DNA from: Podarcis bocagei
Lineage: Eukaryota
Assembly: GCA_964188305.1 (NCBI GenBank)
Contig: OZ076894.1
DNA: 64,000 nt
Strand: one strand, 5' to 3'
Of this stretch, positions 1 to 11,705 are shown piece by piece. Numbering within the stretch: position 1 is the stretch's first letter; each line of letters begins with the position of its first letter. The notes under the pieces are model-generated. The model saw nothing but the letters and a program-made list of their open reading frames with translations, searched no databases and had not been told where the DNA came from. The translations under genes and the position numbers were made by a program.

Positions 1-928
1 CCTCTCAAAACTCCATCAATCTATACAACTGTCACAGCAATCATATTAATGTAAGCATTTACCTTGTACACTTTTGTTGCTTCACGAACATCAGTAGTAA
101 ATTTTGCTTGACATACATCAGCGGTGGGCCTTGGGGTTTCAAATTTCAGTGGCACCTTGTGCAATGCCTAAATTTGGCTGACACCCCCTTCTCACCTTCC
201 ATTCTACATTATAGTTACTCCATCCCCAATGTGACCAAACCGGTTGTGGTCCCCTAAATCCTCCTATGCCTACATTATCTCAGAAAATCTCTTCTTTACT
301 CACCTAGACACTTATAAGCTGCATTATCTGTTGAACCTTGACTGGTTAATTCAGGCATCACATGGGTAACTCGACTGGTTTTTCCACAGGGTTCTACAGT
401 ATATAGATTGCTGGTTGGCCATCTAAATGCAGGGCTTCAGCAGGGATTCTCAGAGGCCAAGCAATAGAGACTGGGTTACACTTAAGGGAACTATGTACAG
501 ATAATTCATTGCACCAAAATGCAACCCAGCACCAACAAAAGGCTTACGTTTAATTAGATTAGCGCTTTTAAGAGTGTTAGCTTTAGAACATTAGCACTTT
601 CGATAGAATGAGAAAGTGGGCTTACATGAAGGGTTGGAAACAAGCTGCCAGTTTTCTTTTTGTCTGTTGCAACCCTGGAAATCCCACTCCATGTGCTTCT
701 AAAACAGGGGTCACCAATGCAGATACCAGACCGTGGTACTTCCTCCCCTCAGAGGTGTGTGTGGATTTTAAAACGTGTTTCTAAAAACCACCATTTAATT
801 TATAATGCTTTTCTTAGAAGCAAGAATCGGCAGGCAACATGGCACCCACAGGCCCCTGTGTACCCACCAGTACATCCTACGTCACTTACAAAAAGAGTCG
901 AAGAAGATATCCCCTCAAAATTCCACTA

Positions 929-1170
929 CAGTGGTACCTAGGGTTACATACGCTTCAGGTTACATACGCTTCAGGTTACACACTCCGCTAACCTAGAAAT
1001 AGTGCTTCAGGTTAAGAACTTTGCTTCAGGATAAGAACAGAAATCGGGCTCCGGCGGTGCGGCGGCAGCAGGAGGCCCCATTAGCTCAAGTGGTGCTTCA
1101 GGTTAAGAACAGTTTCAGGTTTAGTACGGACCTCCGGAACGAATTAAGTACTTAACCTGAGGTACCACTG
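929..1170 (+). mobile_element. Tc1/mariner(Tigger/pogo)-type MITE, family A
   Basis: TIRs CAGTGGTACCT.GGGTTA ... TAACCTGAGGTACCACTG, flanked by TA on both sides; near-identical copies at 2387, 3575 and 28131. Confidence 0.9.
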
Positions 1171-1173
1171 TAT

Positions 1174-1779
1174 TGTGATGGCCTGGGATTCGGACTCAGA
1201 GGCTGACCCTGAGGAGTCCCAGCCTGCACAGGAGTCCCCGCCTCCAGAACCAGCTGAGCTGGGGCGGGGGCTTGAGCCTGAAGGGTCCTCACCTGTGCTG
1301 GATCCTCAGGTGCAGGCATCAGCTGAGTCTTCTCTGGCTCCTGAGGTGATGGAGGACCCATTGCCTGCAGGTGCCCCACTCTCAGCCCCATCAGGGGAGG
1401 AGGACGTTGCCTCTGGGTCTGGTAACCCTCCAGCCTCTCCTGAGCTGCAGAGGCTCAGGGCAGAGAGGCAGAGGGAACTAAGTTCCTGCAGGAGTCCTCG
1501 CCTCCAGGCCAGGAGAGGCGATTCACCTGTGGACTGGGGCCGCCCTATGCCTCGGGGCAGATAAAAGCCAGTCAACCCCAGTCCCAGGTTGTGGGAGCAA
1601 CGTTGTTGCTAGCCTGTTCCTGCCGGCACCCTGTCCTGCTCTTCTGCCAGAGTTCCTGACCCCACCCGACTCCCCACCTTGGACCCAGCTACAGCTTTGA
1701 CGGACAGCCTCTATACCGCACCATCGACCTCGGACTGGACTCGGACCTTGCCTCTCGGTTAGCTCCCGGGACCAGCACA
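1174..1779 (+). mobile_element. solo LTR (Gypsy-like), 606 bp
   Basis: TG...CA ends with short inverted termini TGTGATGG/CCAGCACA; 5-bp TSD ACTAT (right 1780-1784; left copy reconstructed after removing the MITE); TATA-like GATAAAAG at ~1560. Confidence 0.8.
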
Positions 1780-2352
1780 ACTATGCTCAAGAGAATATTT
1801 GCTCTTCCCACTCAGTTCCTGTTTGCACTCAACATCTTTATGCTGAATATGCCCCTTTAAACGTGCCCATATTTAACCGGATGCCAGGACTTGCCACCTA
1901 ACGTACCTTCATTTATGTGCAGAATAAGGACAAACGAAAGAAGTCTTAATATTCAGCATGAAATGAAATGGCCTTTCAGGAGCATACCCCAAAGGAGACT
2001 TGACAATGTAATCTGAAGTTAAGAGGGCAGCCAAAGGCATCCACAAGCCTTTGCTTTTTTAAAAAAGCAATTCCTATGACAAAGCTAATAATAGCAGTAA
2101 AAGCTTGCAGTTGGGCGATTTGCTTGTAGGCAAGGTACTGTCAGATATAATTGAATTTGCTTTCTCTGCTGTAAGTTATGTATCTATCAAAAAGAAACAT
2201 ACAGCTCTTGATGTCCATAAGGCAACACAGTTAGATTGAAGAATTGAAAAAGTGTTTTGTTTCCCCAACTCCCAACACTATGTTTCTGTACAGTGGATAT
2301 GATCTACTTCCCTGTGGAGAATTTTAAAGAACTCTGCATAGAAGGCTGCTTT

Positions 2353-2386
2353 AGTAGTAGTAGGAGTAGTAGTAGTAGTAGTAGTA
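2353..2386. repeat. (AGT)n microsatellite
   Basis: direct read. Confidence 0.9.
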
Positions 2387-2626
2387 CAGTGGTACCTCGG
2401 GTTAAGAACGTAATTCATTCTGGAGGTCCGTTCTTAACCTGAACCTGTTCTTAACCTGAGGTACCACTTTAGCTAATGGGGCCTCCCACTGCCACCGCAC
2501 CGCCAGAGCACGATTTCTGTTCTCATCCTGAAGCAGTTCTTAACCCGAGGTACTATTTCTGGGTTAGCAGAGTCTGTAACCTGAAGCATCTGTAACCTGA
2601 AGCGTCTGTAACCCGAGGTACCACTG
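2387..2626 (-). mobile_element. Tc1/mariner-type MITE, family A (reverse orientation)
   Basis: same TIRs and TA flanks; internal sequence is the reverse complement of the 929-1170 copy. Confidence 0.9.
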
Positions 2627-3574
2627 TATACCCTTGCCAGTCTGGTGCCATTCAAAGGTTGGTCGACCACTTCTCCCATCAGCTGAGAATATTAGCAAAT
2701 TCTTGAAGACCATTGTGATTTTGAGGAGCTTCAGGAGGTATACCTCAATGCTCATTTTATGCCTAGAAATCCTGTGAGCCTGGGGATTTTAAACTCTGTT
2801 TTTCACAAACTGTTTTTCACATCTAGTTATTGGCTGAGACGGCAACATGTGGGGATTTTGCTTCTGCCATTCCCACGGTGACACCTGCAATAAGGAGTAT
2901 TGGATAGACTTGGAAGTTATCTATATTGGCTGCCTGCCAAGTATGAAGTAGACTTTCACTTTGGTGGGAATGGACTTGTCACCCAAACACCAGGTGCGGC
3001 CTAGGCAACCCTAGCACTACATAAGCCTCTCCACCAATTCTGCTGGAGAGTACCTTAGCATATGCACTAGACTGCAGAAAACGCATTATACCACCAACCA
3101 AGCTCCAGCTCCAGCTTCTGTTGCTAATGGGGTTCCCAGAAACCACAGGGATGTAAACATAATCATGATGCTTTGTTGCTATTTAATAAGATCTTTATCC
3201 TTCATCCTATTGGTCTGTTCATTCTATTCTGGACCTCTCAGACCCTCCCTGTTTTCCAGGGACAGTCCCGACTCCTGGATTTACCGAAGCCATCCCAGAA
3301 TGTCCTGCTTTTCCTTAGGACGTCCCAATCTTCATTGGAGAAATGATGGCGGGTATGAACCTCTGTCCCTTGGCAGAAAACTGGGGCTGACAGAACTTAT
3401 TGGTGAATGCCTGCCACTGACTGCAGTGAGCCTCATCTGCAGTTTCAAAAAGGAATCTTTCCCATCCCAAGATGCCAGGAAACCTATACATGCCTACTTA
3501 AAAGTTGAATTAAACAGGGCTCATCTCAAATAATTTGGCAAAGTATCAGAGCCCCCAGCAACTAAAAAGTTATA

Positions 3575-4103
3575 CAGTGGTACCTCGGGTTACATACGCT
3601 TCAGGTTACATACACTTTAGGTTACAGACTCTGCTAACCCAGAAATAGTACCTCGGGTTAAGAACTTTGCTTCAGGATGAGAACAGAAATCGAGAGCCAG
3701 TGTGGTGTAGTGGTTAAGAGCGGTAGATTCGTAATCTGGGGAACCGGGTTCGCGTCCCCGCTCCTCCACATGCAGCTGCTGGGTGACCTTGGGCTAGTCA
3801 CACTTCTCTGAAGTCTCTCAGCCCCACTCACCTCACAGAGTGTTTGTTGTGGGGGAGGAAGGGAAAGGAGAACGTTAGCCGCTTTGAGACTTCTTTGGGT
3901 AGTGATAAAGTGGGATATCAAATCCAAACTCCTCTTCTTCTTCTTCTTCTTCTTCTTCTTCTTCTTCTTCTTCTTCTTCTTCTCCGGCAGTGCGGTGGCA
4001 GCGGGAGGCCCCATTAGCTAAAGTGGTGCTTCAGGTTAAGAACAGTTTCAGGTTAAGAAGGGACCTCCAGAACGAATTAAGTACTTAACCCGAGGTACCA
4101 CTG
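3575..4103 (+). mobile_element. Tc1/mariner-type MITE, family A, interrupted by a SINE
   Basis: TIRs and TA flanks intact; MITE sequence stops at GAACAGAAATC (3691) and resumes at ~3983. Confidence 0.9.
3692..3982 (+). mobile_element. tRNA-derived SINE with L2-like tail (Squam3-like)
   Basis: A box TGGTGTAGTGGT, B-box-like GGTTCGCGTCC, body GGGTGACCTTGGGCTAGTCAC, (CTT)n tail. Confidence 0.8.
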
Positions 4104-5496
4104 TATTCTGAAACAGAATCAACCTGACATATTAGTGGATGGAAACCTTGGTCACATCCAGACCAAGCAAATGTCTTCCCCCAAATAATCCTGTGGCTTG
4201 TTAGTGGTGCTGGGAATTGGCAAATAAATAAATAAAATCCTTTAAACGTGCTTCAAATGTGTGATGAGGATGTGACACAAGTTAGGGTCACTGGCTTTCC
4301 CTAGAGAAAGTCTTCTGTAATACAGATTCCCCAGTTCCAAGTTGGTTGGCAATGCATATGTATCCCATACTTGCTTATGGAAAGGAATGTGTGCATGACT
4401 GTACAGGGCTTTTGGACTGTGGGCATCGATTGCAGTTCTGTTCCTGCAAATGCATTTTACTGACACATAATTATTAATGAATACTGCCAAATAAAAAATC
4501 TCTTATTAATGTTTAATAAACATATCTGCTTATAAGAATCCCAAATATTATAGAGACTATTTATAGGTTACAACAGATTGCTCAAGTACTAAAACCATCT
4601 CTGTTAAAAATTCATAGTGCAGGGCAATTTAGACGGCAATCATCCTACCACTGCTAAAACAAAGGCACTCAACACATTTTGGAAAAAGTATCCTCTTCCC
4701 CGTGCTGGGGAAGCTTCTGTGTCATTAGGCTCAGAAAGTGATTCACACAGGTATGTCAACCTAAAGATCTGTGAAAATCACATGCAAGAATTGAAAACAG
4801 AAGTAAACACAACTGGCAGATAATCCAACTCCTTACACTTTTTAAAAAGAATGTAGTATTAAGAAAATAAATCCGTTTTTATATTTTAATGCATGGTTGT
4901 GTTTCATGTTTCCTTGTAAGGCACTCTGGGTATTTAGTGAGAGAAGAGCAAGATATAAATATTAAACAATGACAACATAAGCATTTGAATGCTTAAAAAC
5001 CAACCAGTTGACTTCAAACGCTTCCAGAGGACTTTTAAACTGACCTCTTATTGGACTACAGACACATGCTTATAACTTTTTTGGACTCATTTGAATTCAT
5101 TTCCACCACAGCTGTTTTCGTCCAAATGTAATCCTCCAGTCTGGGGAACCGAGCCCATGTTCCACAAGCTGCCTGGGCCCTTGTGTCAGCACAACTGCGT
5201 CAGTGGAAGTGGGAGAGAAGAGCATGTGAATAATGGGATCAGGGCTATGCACACTTCATATCTTACACACACACACACACCTGAAGAATATTGGCAACTG
5301 TAGTTTGTTAAGGGTCTGGCAATTCTAGTTCTGTGAGGATTCCTGCAGAAGTGCATTAAATACATAGCTTTAAATGCATTAAATGCAAGTGCATTAAATG
5401 CATGGTCCCAGCCTTTGACAGTGCAGATGTCTGCAGCAGTGTGTGGATGTTTAGGATATGAAGTTGGGATGTGTTTGACATCAAAGTCTGGGCCAG

Positions 5497-5813
5497 TCAG
5501 TGCTAGATTTACGTATAAGCTAAACAAGCTATAGCTTAGGGCCCCATTCTCTCCCCCCCAAAAAATATATTCTTCTTTACTATTAATATACTTCTTCTTA
5601 ATTGTATTTCAATTCAACAATTACTTTGATAAAATACATATTTTGCTATGTGCAAATGGCTTTAGATACCTATTAGGTCCATAAATGACCATATAGCATA
5701 TATTCAACACACAAAAAACAGTGACAATTTGTTGTTGACAAAGGACAGCTGGACATATAAAGGGCCCCATTGCCTTCAGTAATGTAGGGCCTCATCAAAC
5801 ATAAATCTGGCCC
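5497..5813. mobile_element. degenerate non-autonomous DNA transposon (hAT-like MITE)
   Basis: imperfect TIRs CAGTGCTAGATTTA / TAAATCTGGCCC; subterminal TAGGGCCCC motifs; no clear TSD. Confidence 0.45.
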
Positions 5814-6027
5814 GTGAAGAGTGGGGCAACCCAATTAGATGGGCATATAAATTATATTATTATATTATTTATGAACAGTTCTTTTTTATTTGTAGTGGCT
5901 TATAGTAATATTATTGATTAAGCACGCTACCTATTTGAATCATAGAATCATAGAATCATAGAATCATAGAGTTGGAAGAGACCACAAGGGCCATCGAGTC
6001 CAACCCCCTGCCAAGCAGGAAACACCA

Positions 6028-8949
6028 TCAGAGCACTCCTGACATATGGTTGTCAAGCCTCTGCTTAAAGACCTCCAAAGTAGGAGACTCCACCACACTC
6101 CTTGGCAGCAAATTCCACTGTCGAACAGCTCTTACTGTCAGGAAGTTCTTCCTAATGTTTAGGTGGAATCTTCTTTCTTGTAGTTTGGATCCATTGCTCC
6201 GTGTACGCTTGTCTGGAGCAGCAGAAAACAACCTTTCTCCCTCCTCTATGTGACATCCTTTTATATATTTGAACATGGCTATCATATCACCCCTTAACCT
6301 CCTCTTCTCCAGGCTAAACATGCCCAGCTCCCTTAGCCGTTCCTCATAAGGCATTGTTTCCAGGCCTTTGACCATTTTGGTTGCCCTCCTCTGGACACGT
6401 TCCAGTTTGTCAGTGTCCTTCTTGAATTGTGGTGCCCAGAACTGGACACAGTACTCCAGGTGAGGTCTGACCAGAGCAGAATACAGTGGCACTATTACTT
6501 CCCTTGATCTAGATGCTATGCTCCTATTGATGCAGCCCAGAATTGCATTGGCTTTTTTAGCTGCCGCGTCACACTGTTGGCTCATGTCAAGTTTGTGGTC
6601 AACCAAGACTCCTAGATCCTTTTCACATGTACTGCTCTCAAGCCAGGTGTCACCCATCTTGTATTTGTGCCTCTCATTTTTTTTGCCCAAGTGCAATACT
6701 TTACATTTCTCCCTGTTAAAATTCATCTTGTTTGCTTTTGCCCAGTTCTCTAATCTGTCAAGGTCATTTTGAAGTGTGATCCTGTCCTCTGGGGTGTTAG
6801 CCACCCCTCCCAGTTTGGTGTCATCTGCAAATTTGATCAGGATGCCCTTGAGTCCTCCATCCAAGTCGTTGATAAAGATGTTGAATAAGACCGGGCCCAA
6901 GACAGAACCCTGTGGCACCCCACTAGTCACTCTTCTCCAGGATGAAGAGGAACCACTGATGAGCACCCTTTGGGTTCGGTCAGTCAGCCAGTTACAAATC
7001 CACTGAGTGGTAGCATAGTCAAGACCGCATTTTACCAGCTTCTTTACAAGAATATCATGGGGCACCTTGTCAAATGCCTTGCTGAAATCAAGGTAGGCTA
7101 CATCCACTGCGTTCCCTTCATCTACCAGGCTTGTAATTCTGTCAAAAAACGAGATCAGGTTAGTCTGACATGACTTATTTTTCAGAAATCCATGCTGACT
7201 GTTGGTGATCACAGCATTCCTTTCTAGGTGCTCACAGACTGTTTGCTTAATGATCTGCTCCAGAATCTTCCCTGGTATTGACGTCAGACTGACTGGGCGG
7301 TAATTATTTGGGTCCTCTCTTTTCCCCTTTTTGAAAATAGGGACAACATTTGCCCTCCTCCAGTCTGCTGGGACTTCGCCTGTTCTCCAGGAATTCTCAA
7401 AGATGACTGCCAGTGGTTCTGAGATCACATCTGCCAGTTCTTTTAATACTCTTGGATGCAGTTCATCTGGCCCTGGAGACTTGAATACATCTAAACTAGC
7501 CAAGTATTCTTGTACTATCTCCTTAGTTATTCTGGGCTGTGTTTCCTTTGCTGGATCATTTGCTCCAAATTCTTCAGGTCGGGCATTGTTTTCTTTATCG
7601 GAGAAGACTGAGGCAAAGAAGGCATTGAGGAGTTCAGCCCTTTCTGTGTCCCCTGTTTGCATTTCACCATCTTCTCCTCTGAGTGACCCCACTGTTTCTT
7701 TGTTCTTCCTTTTGCTACGAACATACCCATAAAAGCCTTTTTTGTTGCTTTTAACCTCTCTAGCAAGCCTGAGTTCATTCTGTGCTTTAGCTTTTCTGAC
7801 TTTGTGTCTACACGTGCTGGCTATTTGTTTGAATTCCTCTTTGGTGGTTTCCCCCCTTTTCCATTTTTTGTACACATCCTTTTTTAATCTTAACTCAGTT
7901 AAAAGTTCTTTAGATAGCCACCCTGGCTTCTTTAGGCACCTTCCATGTTTCCGTCTCATTGGTATTGCCTGAAGTTGTGCTTTTACTATCTCCCTCTTAA
8001 CAAACTCCCAGCCATCATGAACTCCCTTTCCTTTTAGTATTGCTGTCCATGGGATCTCACCCAGCACTTCCCTAAGTTTTCTGAAGTCGGCTTTCTTAAA
8101 GTCAAGAAATTGAGTCCTAGTATGCTTGGCTGCTCCTTTCCGCTGTATAGTAAACTTCAGAAGAGCATGATCACTCGCGCCTAATGATCCTTCCACTTCT
8201 ACCCCACTAACCAGGTCATCAACATTGGTTAGGACCAGATCTAAAATGGCTGTTCCTCTTGTTGCTTCTCCCACTTTCTGGACAATGAAGTTGTCTGCAA
8301 GGCCAGTGAGGAATCTGTTTGACCTTATGCTCTTGGCTGAGTTTGACCTCCAACAAATATCCGGGTAATTGAAGTCCCCCATTACTACTATCTCCCTTCC
8401 TTTTGCATGCTTGGCCATCTGTTCCAGGAAGGCATCATCTATGTCCTCCGTTTGGCTTGGGGATCTATAGTAAACTCCCACAATGAGGTCTCTGTTACTC
8501 TTCTCTCCCTTAATTTTGACCCAAATGCTCTCACTTTGGCTTTGAGGTTCTAAATCTTGGATTTCTTCACAGGTATACACATCCCTGACATATAACGCCA
8601 CTCCTCCTCCTTTCTTGTCTGGTCTGTTTCTCTGAAATAGATTGTATCCCCCCATTATTACATTCCAATCGTGGGACTTATCCCACCAGGTTTCAGTGAT
8701 GCCTATTATGTCATATTTAGTTTGCTGTACCAAGAGCTCAAGCTCATCTTGTTTATTTCCCATGCTTTGCGCATTAGTGTACAGACATTGAAGTCCATTA
8801 ATCATTCCCCCGTGTCTCTTATTTAAGGATTTTTTCCTCCCACCACTAGGTCTGCGTGCTGTTTGCTCCATTTGGTCTATGACATTTGGATGATCATCTT
8901 CATCAATTGATAGACTCCTACCTTCAGGAGCACTGTCTCCCTCCCCCAC
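6028..8949 (-). CDS. CR1 ORF2: APE endonuclease plus reverse transcriptase (973 aa)
   Basis: EN motifs [38 protein letters not shown]; RT motifs [33 protein letters not shown]; typical CR1 C-terminus. Confidence 0.95.
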   Translation of the reverse strand: MGEGDSAPEGRSLSIDEDDHPNVIDQMEQTARRPSGGRKKSLNKRHGGMINGLQCLYTNAQSMGNKQDELELLVQQTKYDIIGITETWWDKSHDWNVIMGGYNLFQRNRPDKKGGGVALYVRDVYTCEEIQDLEPQSQSESIWVKIKGEKSNRDLIVGVYYRSPSQTEDIDDAFLEQMAKHAKGREIVVMGDFNYPDICWRSNSAKSIRSNRFLTGLADNFIVQKVGEATRGTAILDLVLTNVDDLVSGVEVEGSLGASDHALLKFTIQRKGAAKHTRTQFLDFKKADFRKLREVLGEIPWTAILKGKGVHDGWEFVKREIVKAQLQAIPMRRKHGRCLKKPGWLSKELLTELRLKKDVYKKWKRGETTKEEFKQIASTCRHKVRKAKAQNELRLAREVKSNKKGFYGYVRSKRKNKETVGSLRGEDGEMQTGDTERAELLNAFFASVFSDKENNARPEEFGANDPAKETQPRITKEIVQEYLASLDVFKSPGPDELHPRVLKELADVISEPLAVIFENSWRTGEVPADWRRANVVPIFKKGKREDPNNYRPVSLTSIPGKILEQIIKQTVCEHLERNAVITNSQHGFLKNKSCQTNLISFFDRITSLVDEGNAVDVAYLDFSKAFDKVPHDILVKKLVKCGLDYATTQWICNWLTDRTQRVLISGSSSSWRRVTSGVPQGSVLGPVLFNIFINDLDGGLKGILIKFADDTKLGGVANTPEDRITLQNDLDRLENWAKANKMNFNREKCKVLHLGKKNERHKYKMGDTWLESSTCEKDLGVLVDHKLDMSQQCDAAAKKANAILGCINRSIASRSREVIVPLYSALVRPHLEYCVQFWAPQFKKDTDKLERVQRRATKMVKGLETMPYEERLRELGMFSLEKRRLRGDMIAMFKYIKGCHIEEGERLFSAAPDKRTRSNGSKLQERRFHLNIRKNFLTVRAVRQWNLLPRSVVESPTLEVFKQRLDNHMSGVL

Positions 8950-8954
8950 ATTAG

Positions 8955-10064
8955 TCAGTTTAAAGCCCTCCTGATGAGGTTTCTGAGATTTTTGGCAAAA
9001 ACATTTCTCCCAACCGTTGTGAGGTGCAGCCCATCGCTTGCCAGAAGTCCATCTTCAAGAAACTGCAGTCCGTGATCTAAGAATCCAAACCGTTCCTGTT
9101 TACACCATTTGCGAAGCCAGCTGTTCACTTCCACTATTTTTCCCTCTCTCCCTGGGCCACGTCGTTCAACTGGGAGGACAGATGAGATGACAATTTGTGC
9201 ATTTAGTTGCTTCAATTTCCTGCCCAGAGCCTCGTAGTCTCTTTTGATCTTCTGGAGGCTATTGCTTGCAGTGTCATTGGTTCCCACATGAACCAAGAGG
9301 AAGGGGTATTTGTCAGTGGGTTTTATGATTCCTTGCAGTCGTTCAGTTACATCTTGGATCTTAGCCCCGGGGAGACAGCACACTTCCCGAGACATCTTGT
9401 CAGGCCCACAGATCACTGCTTCTGTTCCCCTCAGTAGGGAATCCCCTATCACCACTACACGCCTCCTCTTAGGTTTGGTCGGGGTTCTTCCGTGAGCTGT
9501 CCGTTCCAAGATCGCCTGCACATTCCCTGAGGACTGACTTTGCTGCTCGTCTTCATATACCTGATCGACTGTAATGAGGGAGAGATCCTCAACTGGAGTC
9601 TGCTCTTCGTCTTCCATGTTAGGGGAGAGGACCTCAAAGCGATTGTGTATTTCTAAACAATCAGAGCGAACCCTGGGCCTCCTACTTCTTTGAGTCACGT
9701 TTCTCCATATATCTGGCTCCTGTGTTGGGGAACTAGCCTCCTTCTCAGGGGAGTCCCCTGTCTCCTCCTTGGTGGAGACGGTGTGCTCTGTTGCTTCCAA
9801 GAAGAGCTCCAGCTCTCTAATTCTTTGGAGCGTAGCTACACGTTCTTCCAGTTGCTGGACTTTGTCTTTTAAGAGGGCAATCAACATGCAATTGCTGCAG
9901 GTAAAGCTGCCTGCAACCTTTGGCAAGATGGCAAACATTGCGCAGGAACCGCAGGCGACTGCAGCTGTTCCCACCCCCTCCATCTTGAGAACGTGTCGTT
10001 GGGGGTGGCTACAGCGGTCCTCCATCATAAAAAGCGTGAAGACAGGACAAATAACTCCCCCCAC
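8955..10064 (-). CDS. CR1 ORF1: Cys zinc finger, coiled coil and SGNH/GDSL esterase-like domain
   Basis: CGSC...CSNC, heptad [33 protein letters not shown]; the true start is probably a downstream ATG (MMEDR or MEGVG). Confidence 0.9.
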   Translation of the reverse strand: MGGVICPVFTLFMMEDRCSHPQRHVLKMEGVGTAAVACGSCAMFAILPKVAGSFTCSNCMLIALLKDKVQQLEERVATLQRIRELELFLEATEHTVSTKEETGDSPEKEASSPTQEPDIWRNVTQRSRRPRVRSDCLEIHNRFEVLSPNMEDEEQTPVEDLSLITVDQVYEDEQQSQSSGNVQAILERTAHGRTPTKPKRRRVVVIGDSLLRGTEAVICGPDKMSREVCCLPGAKIQDVTERLQGIIKPTDKYPFLLVHVGTNDTASNSLQKIKRDYEALGRKLKQLNAQIVISSVLPVERRGPGREGKIVEVNSWLRKWCKQERFGFLDHGLQFLEDGLLASDGLHLTTVGRNVFAKNLRNLIRRALN

Positions 10065-10151
10065 AAGAAAAACACCTAGGTCTCCCCCAACAAATGTTTG
10101 AGACTAGCTGCCCTAAATCTAAAAGATGGATCAAACTGCGCGCGCCGGTAG

Positions 10152-11018
10152 GCTAATCCCCTGCCTCAACAGAAACCCTGCCCCCTCTGACCTTTGCACA
10201 GGGAAAACAGCTAATCAGCCACAAAGAAACACACAAGAAAACCCTTTTTGCTCCTTCTTCAACTGCTGCCCTTCTAGGTCTGATAAGCTCCTCCCACAGC
10301 TAATCCCCTGCCTCAACAGAAACCCTGCCCCCTCTGACCTTTGCAAAGGGAAAACAGCTAATCAGCCACAAAGAAACACACAAGAAAACCCTTTTTGCTC
10401 CTTCTTCAACTGCTGCCCTTCTAGGTCTGCTAAGCTCCTCCCACAGCTAATCCCCTGCCTCAACAGAAACCCTGCCCCCTCTGACCTTTGCACAGGGAAA
10501 ACAGCTAATCAGCCACAAAGAAACACACAAGAAAACCCTTTTTGCTCCTTCTTCAACTGCTGCCCTTCTAGGTCTGATAAGCTCCTCCCACAGCTAATCC
10601 CCTGCCTCAACAGAAACCCTGCCCCCTCTGACCTTTGCACAGGGAAAACAGCTAATCAGCCACAAAGAAACACACAAGAAAACCCTTTTTGCTCCTTCTT
10701 CAACTGCTGCCCTTCTAGGTCTGATAAGCTCCTCCCACAGCTAATCCCCTGCCTCAACAGAAACCCTGCCCCCTCTGACCTTTGCACAGGGAAAACAGCT
10801 AATCAGCCACAAAGAAACACACAAGAAAACCCTTTTTGCTCCTTCTTCAACTGCTGCCCTTCTAGGTCTGATAAGCTCCTCCCACAGCTAATCCCCTGCC
10901 TCAACAGAAACCCTGCCCCCTCTGACCTTTGCACAGGGAAAACAGCTAATCAGCCACAAAGAAACACACAAGAAAACCCTTTTTGCTCCTTCTTCAACTG
11001 CTGCCCTTCTAGGTCTGA
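10152..11018. repeat. tandem array of ~5.9 x 147-bp monomers forming the CR1 5'UTR
   Basis: CTAATCCCCTGCCTCAACAG recurs at 10153, 10300, 10447, 10594, 10741 and 10888; only two substitutions seen, both in unit 2. Confidence 0.95.
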
Positions 11019-11559
11019 GAATTCACCCTGGATCTCTGCAGAAAGCAAAATAGGAACTCTGCCGGTCAGCTGATGGGCTGGGGATTCCATCCTGCTTGGT
11101 TTCTCTACAAACTCACTGACCGCCTTTGGCAGGTGAAGTCGGTCCACAGGGGTGGGGGGAGATAAAGATCTGGCCTGTAGAGTCAAAAAGGCTCCCCACC
11201 CCCACCCTGCAGGCATGCCCCAAAGAGAGCAAGAACCACAGGCAGTTTGATCCATTACATGAACACACATCGATGGACAACAACATGTGTCATAACACCT
11301 GGTGCATTTGAATCAGCTGAGTCACAGAATAGTGAGCTGGCAAGGGTGGTGTAGGGTTTAGCGTGCTGGACTTTGTTCTGAGGAAGCCTGAGTCCACATC
11401 CCTAATCAGGACATAGATTTTAATTATAAATGCAAAGAAGCTTGCAGTGAAATGTTACCATTTAAACAGCTCGCACAAAGGAGGAATCTCATCCAAGAAA
11501 AGTAACCAGCCACTAGTGATTATTTTCCACTTTCCTGCTTTTGCCTGTGCTAACCTTCC

Positions 11560-11705
11560 CTGTTTCATCCTCACAACAACCCTGTGAGGTAGGTTAGACT
11601 AAGAGACAGTGACTGACCCAAAGTCACCCAGTGAGCTTCATGGAAGAGTGGGAATTTGAACCCCGGCCTCCCAGGTCCTAATCCAGGGATCTAACCATTA
11701 TACCA
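11560..11705 (-). mobile_element. older tRNA-derived SINE (Squam3/MIR-like), host of a Sauria SINE
   Basis: CCTCACAACAACCCTGTGAGGTAGG, AAGTCACCCAG and reverse B box GGAATTTGAACCC; A-box remnant continues after 12067. Confidence 0.65.

Larger units (their letters stand above)
5937..11018 (-). mobile_element. full-length CR1 LINE (5'UTR monomer array, ORF1, ORF2, 3' octamer tail)
   Basis: (ATTCTATG)n-type 8-bp tail read as GAATCATA repeats at 5937-5969; two uninterrupted ORFs; possible 4-bp GAAT TSD or microhomology at 5937 and 11019. Confidence 0.95.

Noticed and set aside
3692-3770. tRNA gene
   Set aside because: tRNA-like head continues into a SINE body and tail; the same holds for the Sauria SINE heads
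3658-4014. 118-aa poly-Lys ORF
   Set aside because: Product of the (CTT)n SINE tail read antisense
6518-9872. Multiple + strand ORFs within the CR1
   Set aside because: Antisense shadows of the CR1 coding sequence
10152-11018. CRISPR-like array
   Set aside because: Units are contiguous identical monomers without unique spacers; eukaryotic LINE context
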